Origin: Adineta vaga
Taxonomy: Eukaryota > Animalia > Rotifera
DNA: 64,000 nucleotides
NCBI GenBank assembly: GCA_021613535.1
Contig: CP075497.1
Coordinates: 11,160,001 to 11,224,000, forward strand
Direction: 5' to 3'
In this document: positions 13,925 through 25,703 of the stretch, piece after piece
Layout of the letters: every line of letters begins with the position of its first letter
Numbering within the stretch: the first letter of the stretch is position 1
Notes under the pieces: model-generated
What the model saw: only the letters and a program-made list of their open reading frames with translations
What the model was told of the DNA's origin: nothing
Databases searched by the model: none
Position numbers and translations under genes: made by a program

Positions 13925-14433
13925 GTCCTCTTTACTATTTTTCACACTCATGCTTACATCTATATCCAAATCGAACGAACAGACAAAAAAAATAGTGGTC
14001 GCTTTGTTTCACTACCAACATGAAAGAAAGAGTTTTGTTTGATTTCTTTCTTTTGTTGTATTCTAAAGAATCAATTGAGTTTTCTTCATCACACTTTTTA
14101 TGTTCAATCAAAGATGTAAACTATCGCTTTTTTGTATTAGTTCGATTATTGCAGGCAATATAATAAGCATAAACAGATTTTTATTCAATGACATTCTCTT
14201 TTTTTCGTTTCGTTCTGTCATATAATGATTGTATGTCACACATTTCCTTTTTTTTCTTTTTCGATTCATCAGTAATAAAATTCACCTGTTCGGTGTTGAT
14301 GCCACACATTTCTTTGCATAAATATACAAACATTATTACAGTTCGATTTACTTATCTTGTTTTTTCGACTTCGAGGCCATTTTTTCAGAAGAAAAAAAAT
14401 GCCAGATTATCGCTGTCTTTTTCTTTACTCTAG

Positions 14434-15098
14434 ATGGCAACAAATAAGAACGGAAATTTACGAAAAAGTCGAAAACTAGTCATCGTTGGAGATGGAATGA
14501 CTGGCAAAACGTGTCTTCTATTTGCATTTAAAGATGATAAATTTATTTCTAATCATGATGCAACTATATTTGATACATATGTCGCTGATATTCAAGTCGA
14601 TGGGAAAACTGTAAGTAGTAACACATCGATGTATGTTAGCGCTGACTGAGTATATATATTGAATAGATTGATTTGGCTTTATTTGATACAGCTGGTCAAG
14701 AAGATTTCGATCGTCTTCGTCCTTTATCCTATCCAGATACGAATATTATTTTGATATGTTTCAGTGTTGATAGTTCAGTATCAGCTACAAGTGTTATTGA
14801 AAAATGGATGCCAGAAGTTCGACATTTTTGTGGTCGATGTCCCGTGATTTTAGTTGCATGTAAAAAAGATTTACGAACAGATCCTCAAACGATATCAGAA
14901 TTAAAACGAGAAGGAGAGAAACCAGTTTCAACTGAAGTTGGTAGACGTATAGCTGCACAAATCAAAGCCGATGCTTATATGGAATGTTCAGCAAAAACTC
15001 GTGAAGGTGTACAAGAATTATTCGTTCATGCTGCTCGTTTATCATTGAAAAAACGTTCTCAGATATCTCGAAGAAATTGGAAATGTATTTTGCATTAA
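14434..15098 (+). CDS. RhoA/Rho1-like small GTPase, tandem copy A (202 aa)
   Basis: Exons 14434..14610 and 14667..15098. [43 protein letters not shown]-terminal CILH. Confidence 0.95.
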
Positions 15099-15815
15099 AT
15101 CAGATTTCCTAGTTTTTGATTTTCTTACACTATCATATTTCACATTTTTCTCTGTTTTTTGTTATTATCTATATTTTTTTATATAACAAATTGATTGTAT
15201 TTATTCTCTTATATTTTGTTACATATTCGTGAAGAAAAAAACAGACTCATTTGTATTTGGAATTTCCATCTTATAGGATGCATGTTATGCAGTGTTTTTG
15301 TCGAATTACATTGATAGAAAGAATGAAACGAATGAGAATGATAGTAAAATAAGAATGACGTGCTGTTTTTTATCTCTATGTCAATAAATGAAAGAGAAAG
15401 AAAATCTTTTTTTTATATTTATATTTGATCGTTACGACTTAAGAACCATTTCGATAATCTGGTATTCTTTTGCAGGTAAACCTTTTCCTTTCTTTCTTTC
15501 TTTCTTTCTTTCTTTCAAAGAATATCAATCAATCAATCAATCAAATGACGATTATAGATCAGTGAGATTAAGTTTTATTGAGGAGAATGTTTCGTCTATC
15601 GATTCATCTGATATGGAAGTATCATATTTGGTCTAAACATTGATCTTTTTTTTTATCATGTTTGAAAACCAGATGCAAATATGAAAGACTTTTCAACTTA
15701 AACATCTATGATGTCATTACCTTTCTGTTGTTGACTGATATCTTTTTTTTATTATCTACACTTCACATAAGAACGTGTTTTAGAAAGAAAATAAACTGAA
15801 ATCTTTCTGTTTTAG

Positions 15816-16473
15816 ATGGCAGTTAATCGAAATTCTTCTATACAAAAAAGTCGAAAATTAGTCGTTGTAGGAGATGGTATGTGTGGTAAGACATGCCTTC
15901 TATTTGCATTTAAAGACGATGAATTTAATGCGGATCACGTACCGACTGTTTTTGATACATATGTTGCTGAAATTGAAGTCGATGGTAAAACTGTATGTCA
16001 AAAAAAGTTGCTTCTTTTTTCTTCGATAATCTTCTTATTCATAGGTCGATCTAGCCTTATTCGATACAGCTGGTCAAGAAGATTTCGATCGTCTTCGTCC
16101 TTTATCCTATCCAGATACGAATGTTATTCTAATGTGTTTTAGTGTTGATTATCCAGTATCAGCAGGAAGTATTGTTGAAAAATGGATACCAGAAGTTCGG
16201 CATTTTTGTGGGAAATGTCCAGTTATATTAGTTGCATGTAAAATAGATCTACGAACAGATTCACGTACAATTGAAAAACTTAAGACGCACGGAGAAAGAC
16301 CAATCTCAACCGAAGTTGGAAAACAATTAGCTACACAGATCAAAGCCGATACTTATATGGAATGTTCAGCGAAAACTCGTGAAGGTGTACAAGAATTATT
16401 CATTCATGCTGCTCGATTATCGTTCAAAAAACGTAATCATTATAAAAAAAGTCACAAATGTGTTTTACATTAA
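15816..16473 (+). CDS. RhoA/Rho1-like small GTPase, tandem copy B (201 aa)
   Basis: Exons 15816..15992 and 16045..16473, same intron position as copy [33 protein letters not shown]-terminal CVLH. Confidence 0.95.
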
Positions 16474-16985
16474 TCTATATTTTACATGTTTCTATGTATC
16501 ATTTATTCCTTTTGTTAAAATTTTCTCTTATAACATTCCAAATTTTGATAAATCCTAGAAGAATACGAAAACTTCGTTTTTCCAAACATTTTCGATGAAG
16601 GTTCGTCATCAGCAGGTGAAAAACAATGATTTAGAGAAAAAAACAATTCTCTTACTTGATTATTTTACTGACGAAAAGTTCGCATGATTTTTGTTACTTT
16701 TACATCACTACTCTTTTTCTTCTAAACCAATACATAATCACAAACAGTAACGTATGACAAACATCACAGTGTAAATAAAACAAAAAAGAAACATATATTG
16801 AAAACATTACACTATTTTCTCAGCGTGAAGAAATTGTCTATATTGTTTTATACAACGAAATAGTATTGTAATCGTGACATAGACTCAACAAGCAGAGAAA
16901 AGCAAATAAAAATACTGTTAATATTTATAGTAACAGGTGATTATTTAACTTGAAGTGTCATACGCATTCGCTGTGTAATATTCCA

Positions 16986-17645
16986 ATGGCAAGTAACAAA
17001 ATTAGAATCGTTGAAAAAAGTCGAAAATTAGTAATTGTTGGCGATGGGATGTGTGGAAAAACATCTCTATTGTATGCATTTACACAAGATGTATATGATC
17101 CAACATATGCACCAACAATTTTCGATACTCATGCGACAGAAATACAAGTAGATAATAAACGAGTAAGAAACTTCATTTATGACACTTATTTCAATTATTG
17201 AATATTTTAATATCAATAGATCACTTTAGCCTTATTTGATACAGCTGGCCAAGAAGATTTCGATCGTCTTCGTCCTTTATCTTATCCGGATACAAATGTA
17301 GTATTAATCTGTTTCAGTGTAGATAGTCCGGCATCAGCTATCAATGTTGTTGAGAAATGGAATCCTGAAGTACGACATTTTTGTACTAATTGTCCAATGA
17401 TCTTAGTTGGATGTAAAAAAGATCTACGAACAGATCCTCAAGTAGCTGAAAAATTAAAGAAACAAGGTGAATCATTAGTAACTAATGAAGTTGGTAGACG
17501 TATAGCTGCACAAATCAAAGCTGATGCTTACATGGAATGTTCAGCAAAGACTCGCGAAGGTGTACAAGAATTATTCATTCATGCTGCTCGTTTATCATTG
17601 AAAAAACGTCAGACACGATCAAACTCCATTTGTACATTACATTAA
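16986..17645 (+). CDS. RhoA/Rho1-like small GTPase, tandem copy C (200 aa)
   Basis: Exons 16986..17162 and 17220..17645, same intron position. [32 protein letters not shown]-terminal CTLH. Confidence 0.95.
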
Positions 17646-18166
17646 GCGTCGAGTTTTATTGTGATGGAACTCTCATACTTTGATTTATTAGCATTTATTT
17701 CGATAAAGTTTTTTCCTCATCAAAAGTACTGTGCATAAAGACAGTTTCTTTTCATCATTGACTTTTCATATTTTTTTCTTAATTCAAAGAAATTACGTTA
17801 AATAAAAATTATTTTTGAATAAATAAACCTTGTTTTCAAATCGATCAAATCTAATTTCGTACGAAAATGATCTATGTATGGATAAGCATGTGTGAATATC
17901 AAATGAAATACATAAAGCGAAGGAAGGAAACTCTTCATATCATTGAACGACCTCTTTCACTCATTCTGATTAGTTTGTGATTTGGAACCAATGAAAAATT
18001 ATGAACTGGTATTGCACAAACGGTCTGCAATTCTTTTCTATTTTGATGTTTGTCTCCCTTACCGATTCTCTTTATGCCGAAGAAGTATATATATATACTC
18101 AGTTCCCAACTGTATTTTATTCATTATTTCTCATTTGTAGAAAAATAAAAGAGTTTTCTCTAAACA

Positions 18167-18366
18167 ATGCCACCAAAAAAACGTGCTGCAACGGCGGCGA
18201 AAGCCAAAACCACAGCTGCTGCGACCAAGCGTAAAGCACCTGCTGCTAGGAGGGGTTTGTGTACCTGGCTTTTTTTTGTTTCTCAATAATATTATTTATT
18301 GATGTTTAGCTCCAGCACCCAAACGAGCGAAAAAACAAGTTGAAGAAGAGGAAGAAATCGTAGAAG

Positions 18367-18398
<32 letters not shown>

Positions 18399-20517
18399 GA
18401 ACAACCTAAAGTTGAGGTTTGTTGAATATGAAATATTCATTCAATATATATATATAGAGTCCATTATAGGAAGAGCCTTCTTCAAAATCTGATATTATCA
18501 AACAATTACGTGAAGCTGATGCTTGTAAAAAAAAATCAAAAAAACATACTCCCGATAAGTGCATACCAGGTGCCGGCGCCTATCAAGTAATTTCATCTAT
18601 TTTTATCAACATTTTTATCCTGTTATCCATTGATACATCATATAGGTTGTTGATGATTATGATGCAATGCTCAATCAAACAAATATTGGTGCAAATAATA
18701 ATAAATTTTATGTCATACAAGCATTAACATCCAATGGTAAATATCATACATGGACTCGATGGGGTCGAGTAGTAAGTAGAGAAAAAGACGAATTTCTATT
18801 TTAAAATGATAAATGATACTTTGAAGGGTGAAAATGGTCAAAGTCAAATGTTTGGTCCATTTGTTAGTAAAGATCAAGCAATAAAACAATTTATGAATAA
18901 ATTCAAAGATAAGACTAAAAATAATTGTAAGCTCATCATATTTTGTATTTTGAAAAGCAATCTCTTTTTCAATTGTTAAACTATAGGGGATTCCCGAGAT
19001 CAATTCAAAAAGATTGCAGGTAAATACGATATAATTGATGTCGCTGGTGATGATGACGAAGAAGAAGAAGAACAAACAACAAAGAAATCAGCTATTGTTG
19101 AAGATAAAGATGGAATAGTTTATGCCGCAAGTAAACTTGATACAGCAACTCAATCATTAATTCGTTTGATCTTCGATACGGATATGTTTCGAGATGCTTT
19201 AAAAACTTATGATATCGACGTGAAAAAAATGCCCTTAGGAAAATTGAGTAAAAGTCAAATAGCAAAAGGTTTTGAAGTCTTAGAAGAACTTGAAGCCGTC
19301 ATGGAAAATAAAAAGAAAGGATCAATCAATGAAATATCATCAAAATTTTATACAGCTATTCCTCATGATTTTGGACGAAATGTTCCAAAACCTATTAATA
19401 CACGTGAAGGTTTACAACAGAAATATGACATGCTTGCGGTATGTATCGAACTAATGAAGTAAAGATCGATTAGTATTTGATTTTTAATAGGTTTTAGCTG
19501 ATATTGAATTAGCTCAAAGTATTCAGAAGAATAAAGATAGTGAAGAAGATGCGAAGAAAAAGGCTGAACAAGCTAAACCACATCCTTATGATGTTAATTA
19601 TGGTTTATTAAAATGTTCACTTGAACATGTCGATAACAAAAGTGAAGAATTCAAAGTAATTTTTTTCGCCTTTTCCTATCGTTCATCTTATCATTAAAAT
19701 GTTCTTTAGATCATCAAGAAATATACAGATAATACTCAAGGTTATCGTAAATGTACGATTATCGATGCATGGCGTGTTGGTCGTGATGGCGAAGTAAGTT
19801 TACAAAAGATTAGAATATACAATCTTATTTGTATATTTTTAGGGACAACGTTTTGCAGCTCATGATAAAGTTGGTAATCGTAAATTACTTTGGCATGGTA
19901 CAAATGTGGCTGTTGTTGTTGCTATTCTCAAATCTGGTTTACGTATTATGCCTCATTCAGGTGGTCGTGTTGGTAAAGGAATTTATTTTGCATCGGAAAA
20001 TGGCAAAAGTAGTGGTTACGGTTAGTTCAGAAAAACGAAAGTTTCATTTTAACAAATAATTCTTTGAATTTCATGAATATTTCAGTTGGAACAACACAAG
20101 ATCAGGGCAAAAATATTGGTATTATGTTCTTAGTAAGATTTCTTTAATTTTCATGAAGATGATCTTTAAATAAGAGTTTTCCTTTTTTAGAATGAAGTAG
20201 CTCTTGGTCGAGAACATACAATCACAAAAGATGATTCATCATTAAAAAAACCACCAGCTAATTTTGATTCAGTCATTGCTCGTGGTCAAACAGAACCAGG
20301 TTTGATAGTTTGAATTTCATTTAATAAATCTATTCATGTGTTTTAAATAGATCCAAAAGATGATACATCATTAACAATTGATGGTAAAAGTATTACTGTT
20401 CCAGCTGGTAAACCAATTAAAACGGAATATTCGTCATCAAGTTTTTCCCAATCAGAATATTTGGTTTACGAAGAAAATCAATGTCGTATTCGATATTTAT
20501 TAAAAATGCAATTTTAA
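18167..20517 (+). CDS. PARP3: ADP-ribosyltransferase PARP3 (basic/acidic N-terminus, WGR, PARP regulatory and catalytic domains)
   Basis: MPPKKRAA..; LNQTNIGANNNKFYVIQ..WTRWGRV (WGR); KKMPLGKLSKSQIAKGFEVL; LLWHGTNVAVVVAILKSGLRIMPHSGGRVGKGIYFASEN (PARP3 signature); FSQSEYLVYEENQCRIRYLLKMQF*. Multiple short introns. Confidence 0.93.
18362..18395 (+). repeat. (GAA)n trinucleotide tract encoding poly-Glu in the PARP3 N-terminus
   Basis: agaagaagaagaagaagaagaagaagaagaagaa seen directly. Confidence 0.85.
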
Positions 20518-21225
20518 AAAACCTAACAAAGACTTATTGTTGTGTGTATGTTTGTACCTTCGTTTGTTTATTCGGTGAATTTTATCATTCGAAAAAGAAC
20601 ATGTTTCGTACTTGGAATCTTTTTCGTCAACTCGGTGTTTGTTTTCCGCTTATTAGACTCCAAATATCCGCCCAGTGGTGTTTTTGTTTTGTGATATTTT
20701 TTAAAGAGAATACTAATTTTTCTATAGTGATGCTTTTATTGTGTTTCTTTTTTCGAAAACTAATAAATATCAAACTATTGTTTATGTTTTATACTAGAAA
20801 GTCAAATCAGTGAGAAGTGTGAAAATATTAGTTTAACCATCCGTGAAGCAGAAAAAAATATTTTTCCTCTTCTTCTCTGATTGATTTGACCGAGATAATT
20901 GCAATTTCAGTAACCAAATACTTATTTCTAATTATTAAAAAAAAAAACTTGGAAGTACACACGTTCTAAAAATATGTGACAAGAGAAATGAGCTTCGATG
21001 ATGTTTATTTTTCATAAACATTTCAAATGTCAAGCTAAATATATCAAAAGGAACATTGTTCTTTTTCTCCTTTCGCTCGTTGTTAAGTTCTATAATCTTT
21101 ATCAGCAATTATAGCTAAGTGTATTAACATTAGCTGTCTATCTTCTATAGATTAAGTATAGAAATATCTTGTCAATTAATAAACCAAAGTTTATCACTAG
21201 AAATATTCTTGAAACTTTTTTTCAG

Positions 21226-22104
21226 ATGATAAAACAAACGTCAAAACCCGACTATAGTAAAATGAGTGAAGGTGAATTGCGTCTCTTGCTCAATAAACAT
21301 CAACAAATGTTAAATAATAAGTAAGAAGAAGAAGAAAAAAAGACTAACACTTATTTCATTCATACTACTATTGTGTTTATCGTAGACGATTAATTAGTGC
21401 TACCCGATAAAGGTGAACGTTTACGCAATGCTGTTAATGAAATTGAAAGTTTTCTTGTCCGACCATCTTCACCTATGGATTGTGATGTTTTAACAAATCA
21501 ATTTCGTCAAATGGCAATGCCGTCGAATGAATATGAAATCTCTAACGACCAAGTTTATCTTGGCAAACCTGTACAAAATGAAACTATTGCAAAAAAGGAA
21601 ACAGATTTTTCAGATGAACGTTTAAATGAAGTAAAACAACGTCTAAAAGCTCGAAAAGCTGAACGTGAAAGTAAAACAATAATCACAACACCAAAATTAA
21701 TTTCTTTAGATGAAGCTGTTCAATTGTATAATGAAGAAAAGAAAGAAGCAGAAGTAAATAATTCTTCTTCTACCTTCAAATATAAATTTTCTAATTCATT
21801 TCAGGAACATTTGATTCAACAAACAACAGCTCGTTTACTCGGAAATATGTCACTTTCACGAACAACCTTTGGTCTTCCGCCTACAACAAAAACATCGAAC
21901 AATGATCCTATGTATGTTGATATCTCTACATTCTTTTCGATCCAATTTTCTTATTATAGGTATCGTACACCAACAGCAGAAAGTGACGATGAAGATGATA
22001 TTAGAGTAGATGAATTAGGTCGTGATAAAGCGGAAATTAATTCGGATCATGATAGCGATGAAATTGATTATCCCGATGATGCCGTTGAAAATGATGATAA
22101 TTGA
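21226..22104 (+). CDS. POLR2M: Gdown1 / GRINL1A-like RNA polymerase II-associated factor
   Basis: Exon 1 MIKQTSKPDYSKMSEGELRLLLNKHQQMLNNK joined across an intron (about 21321..21385) to RLISVLPDKGERLRNAVNEIE. LPDKG is the conserved Gdown1 N-terminal motif. Acidic C-terminus (YRTPTAESDDEDD). Confidence 0.65.
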
Positions 22105-22964
22105 AAAATAAATAAATACATCATGCTAAGTCTTTTTCATTTTGCTTAAATATTTTTATTAATAAACTTGATGTCTCGTCTTTGCGCTTCTTGATACATT
22201 TGACATTTATGTTTCATAGACGGAAAAAAACAGAAAATTTTAACCTTTACTTCTGTTAATATATGATCCTTGTGATATGCATTCATTAAAAACGTGTCTA
22301 GTGAGATTAGCACATGTATTGAAGGGCAAATGTGTTAATATTTAACATAATTATTAAAATTCTTTTTGTCTCAATGTAGCTCTGTTAATGACAATAAATG
22401 ACGTCAATGTTGAATTTTAATTTGATTCATTTTGTTCATAATTAAAAAAGAGTCTTTCCAAAAAGTTGTCTATTTTTTGACCTTTAATGCCAGAAAGAAT
22501 ATTAAGTAATTTAATTCTCCAATGAATGCACTTAAAGAACAACACCAGAAGCAAAAAAAAATTGATCATGAAATAGTGACAAACAGACATTGTTCCCTTT
22601 ACTTAATCATCTTGTCTGTGTTCTATACAATACATCAATTTACCCTTGATATTCGATTAGATGATCGATTGTAGAATATTCATTTATTTCTTCTCTATTT
22701 ACATAAGAAAAAAACCCGTGTTAATGACAAAAAAAGAAAAGAAGTATTTAGACATAAAACAGGTTTCAGTTCAATTACTAGTACCTTAAAATAGATTGCA
22801 GATGCCAGCATCTTGAATCTCAACATATACGCGTACACATACACGAAAACGAACGAACAAAATAAAAGAAATGACTAGAAAGAAAAGTATTAATGAAGTG
22901 TTACAATCGAAAGAGAAAAGAAACGACCAGCGTCCGTTTTTACTTTCTGTCTATTTCACTTCCT

Positions 22965-25315
22965 TTAAGATTCATTACTTGAACCTAAACTTGATGTCGC
23001 ATTTTTTCTTTCTGATCGTTGTTTTGAATGAACTTTTAAATGTCGAGTGATCATATCTCGTCGACAAGCAGCATAGGAACATTCAGGACATGTATATGGT
23101 TTTTCACCTGTATGTGTACGTAAATGTGTTGATAAATGATCACTACGGGAAAAATGTGTATTACACATTGCACAACGATATGGACGTATACCAGAATGTA
23201 AACGCAAATGTCGATTTAACATATCACTTCTAGAAATAAAACGAAAAATGAATAATTAAATGAAATCAAATGACAATTGTTTATACCGCGAAAAACGTTT
23301 TGAACATATTTTACATGAATAATTACGCATTTCACCTGGACGATCACAATTATTGTCAACATTATTATAATCAAGTATACCTAATTTCTCATCTTCACAT
23401 GTATTTTCCAAATGTGTACGATAATGAGCTAAATACCTAAATAAAATACACACGTAGATTGAAGTTTATGAAAAAATGAAATCAAACTATTACATTTGTC
23501 GAGAATCAAATTGCTGTCGACAAATCTGACATGGTGGTACTGACGATGTATTATTAATAGCATTGGAGTCTTGTATTTCTGCTTTGAATCTAAAATGCCA
23601 AAAAACAATTTTGTTATTAAACTTTGTTCTTATTTACCGTGGAGTAATAGGTGTAAAAACACTTGGTTCATTACATAAAATCTTCGTTAATGTGGATAAT
23701 TGTGCAATACTACCTTGTGCACTTGCTACAAGATGTTCTTGACTTTTTGGAAAATGAAAATTTACTAAATTATAAGGATTTGTTGGTGTATGAGACCATA
23801 GAGAATGATATGCACCAGGATCACTTGATGCTGAATGAGGTGCAAGTGATGGTGGCATTCCATTCATAAATGGCATAGGTATTGTTGCTGTTGTTGTTGT
23901 TGTTGTTGTTGCTGTTGGTAACATTCGTCGATCATGTTGATGATCAAATGAATGTCGATATGGGAAAAGAAAATTTGTATTATGAGGATTATTTGCATTT
24001 AAATCAGCTGTTGTTTGTTGATCAGAATATGAATGTCGAAATGGACGAGATTTTCTTGGATGATGATGATGAACATTTGTAGGAATTGTAAGAGATTTTC
24101 TTTGACTATTTTCATGTTTATCATTATTACTAACATCATGATCTTCACCTACATCATTATTTGTATTCGTATCTTCTTCAGCTCGTTCAATACTAAAGAT
24201 AATTTTGCCCGCTTCATTCTTGTCATTTGTTGTTATTGGTAATGTTGGAGATGATACCATTTGTTCATCTTCAACATTTAATGCAGGAGTATCTTCCATA
24301 TCAATAGTTGCACAACGTTGTAACAGGCCACGTTTACTTTGTGATCGAATAATTGGTGCATTTTGTGATGGAAGAAAACTTGTATCGGCTGCACTTAATG
24401 CACAACATAAATTCGTATCCGAAACTGAATGTTGAAGTAACATTGATGAAGAATCAAAAGAATGAGCTTTGATTGTTGATGGATTTATTGAATAATTGAA
24501 ATTTGAATGATGATGTTCAGGTTTATTTATATGTTCGAAACTTTGAACAAGTTCTGCTGATGAATCTCGTTTTAGATGACGATAATTTAAATCATCACTT
24601 CGACATTTAATAAACGTGTCTTTACGTGTTTGATGTTCGCTGATTTGTTCTAAATAACGTCGTTGTAAATAATCTTTAACTTTACCTTTGAATAACTAAA
24701 AGCAAACAAAGAGAAGAAGAGTGTTTTTCCATGTAAAGAATTGAATTCATTTAATTTTACTTGAGAATTTGCAATCAATGCTGCTTGATCATTCGAATTA
24801 TTTGTATCTGTACTGATAATTGTTGGAATTTGTAAATGATCACTTTCAAATGATGATTTCTCGGATATACTTTGACTATGTGATCGATAACGATTACTTG
24901 TCGATGTTGGAACACGTAAACTACTATTCGATTCAATGGATGTTTGTTGTTGAGGTGCTGCTAAAGATGAAGATCGACTCGGTGTTCGACTGGGAGTTGA
25001 CGAAGAATTATTACATTCAACAATACGTGTATTAGGAAAGAATTGTCGAAGTATATCAATAATACGATCAAGCTCCATTGAATCAGTTTCGATTAATGCA
25101 TAACTACGAACAGGTGAATCAACATCGGAACGATTTCCATTGATACTTGAAGGAGTACTAGTTCGAACAGTTGATTTCATGTTATCATTATCTGATGAAA
25201 GATCTTGTTGATCATCAATAGACAAACTTTCTTTTTGTGAATACATTGAAGAGACTTCTAACGGATGATTTGATGCTAAGACTTTAGATGTTGTCGATAC
25301 GGCTTGAATGCACAT
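22965..25315 (-). CDS. klu: Klumpfuss-like (EGR/WT1 class) C2H2 zinc-finger transcription factor
   Basis: Long Ser/Thr/His-rich N-terminus, then CQICRQQFDSRQMYLAHYRTH, CKICSKRFSRSDMLNRHLRLH, FSRSDHLSTHLRTHTGEKPY and CSYAACRRDMITRHLKVH. The RSDML/RSDHL/ACRRDMITRH triplet is typical of Klumpfuss. Confidence 0.85.
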
Positions 25316-25678
25316 AGTCGTATGGACAATATGTTAGATATCCATGATCTGTATACATTCAATGAAAAAATTTATAATCTAAAAGAAACGTTTCTTTTTC
25401 ATTATTATCAAAGAATGCTACCGTGTCATTTAGTCTGAATATTTATGTCGCGTTTTTGTGTTTAATGTTTGCGTGCTCGTCTAATCATCATTTTGTTTCT
25501 TGGTTTTTCTGTCTATCTATCTTAGAAAAAAAGAGGGAAAAATGACGCGTGTATACGCACGAGAATATGGAAAGAAAAAAGGAAAGAAAAAAGAAGAAGA
25601 AGATTTTCTCCCTACAAGCGCAAACACTGATAGCATCCGCTTTTTAGGCGAAGGATGAGAAATGCATGTGTGTGTGTT

Positions 25679-25703
25679 ATGATGATGATGATGATGATGA
25701 TGA
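25679..25703. repeat. (ATG/GAT)n microsatellite upstream of klu
   Basis: atgatgatgatgatgatgatgatga seen directly. Confidence 0.8.
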
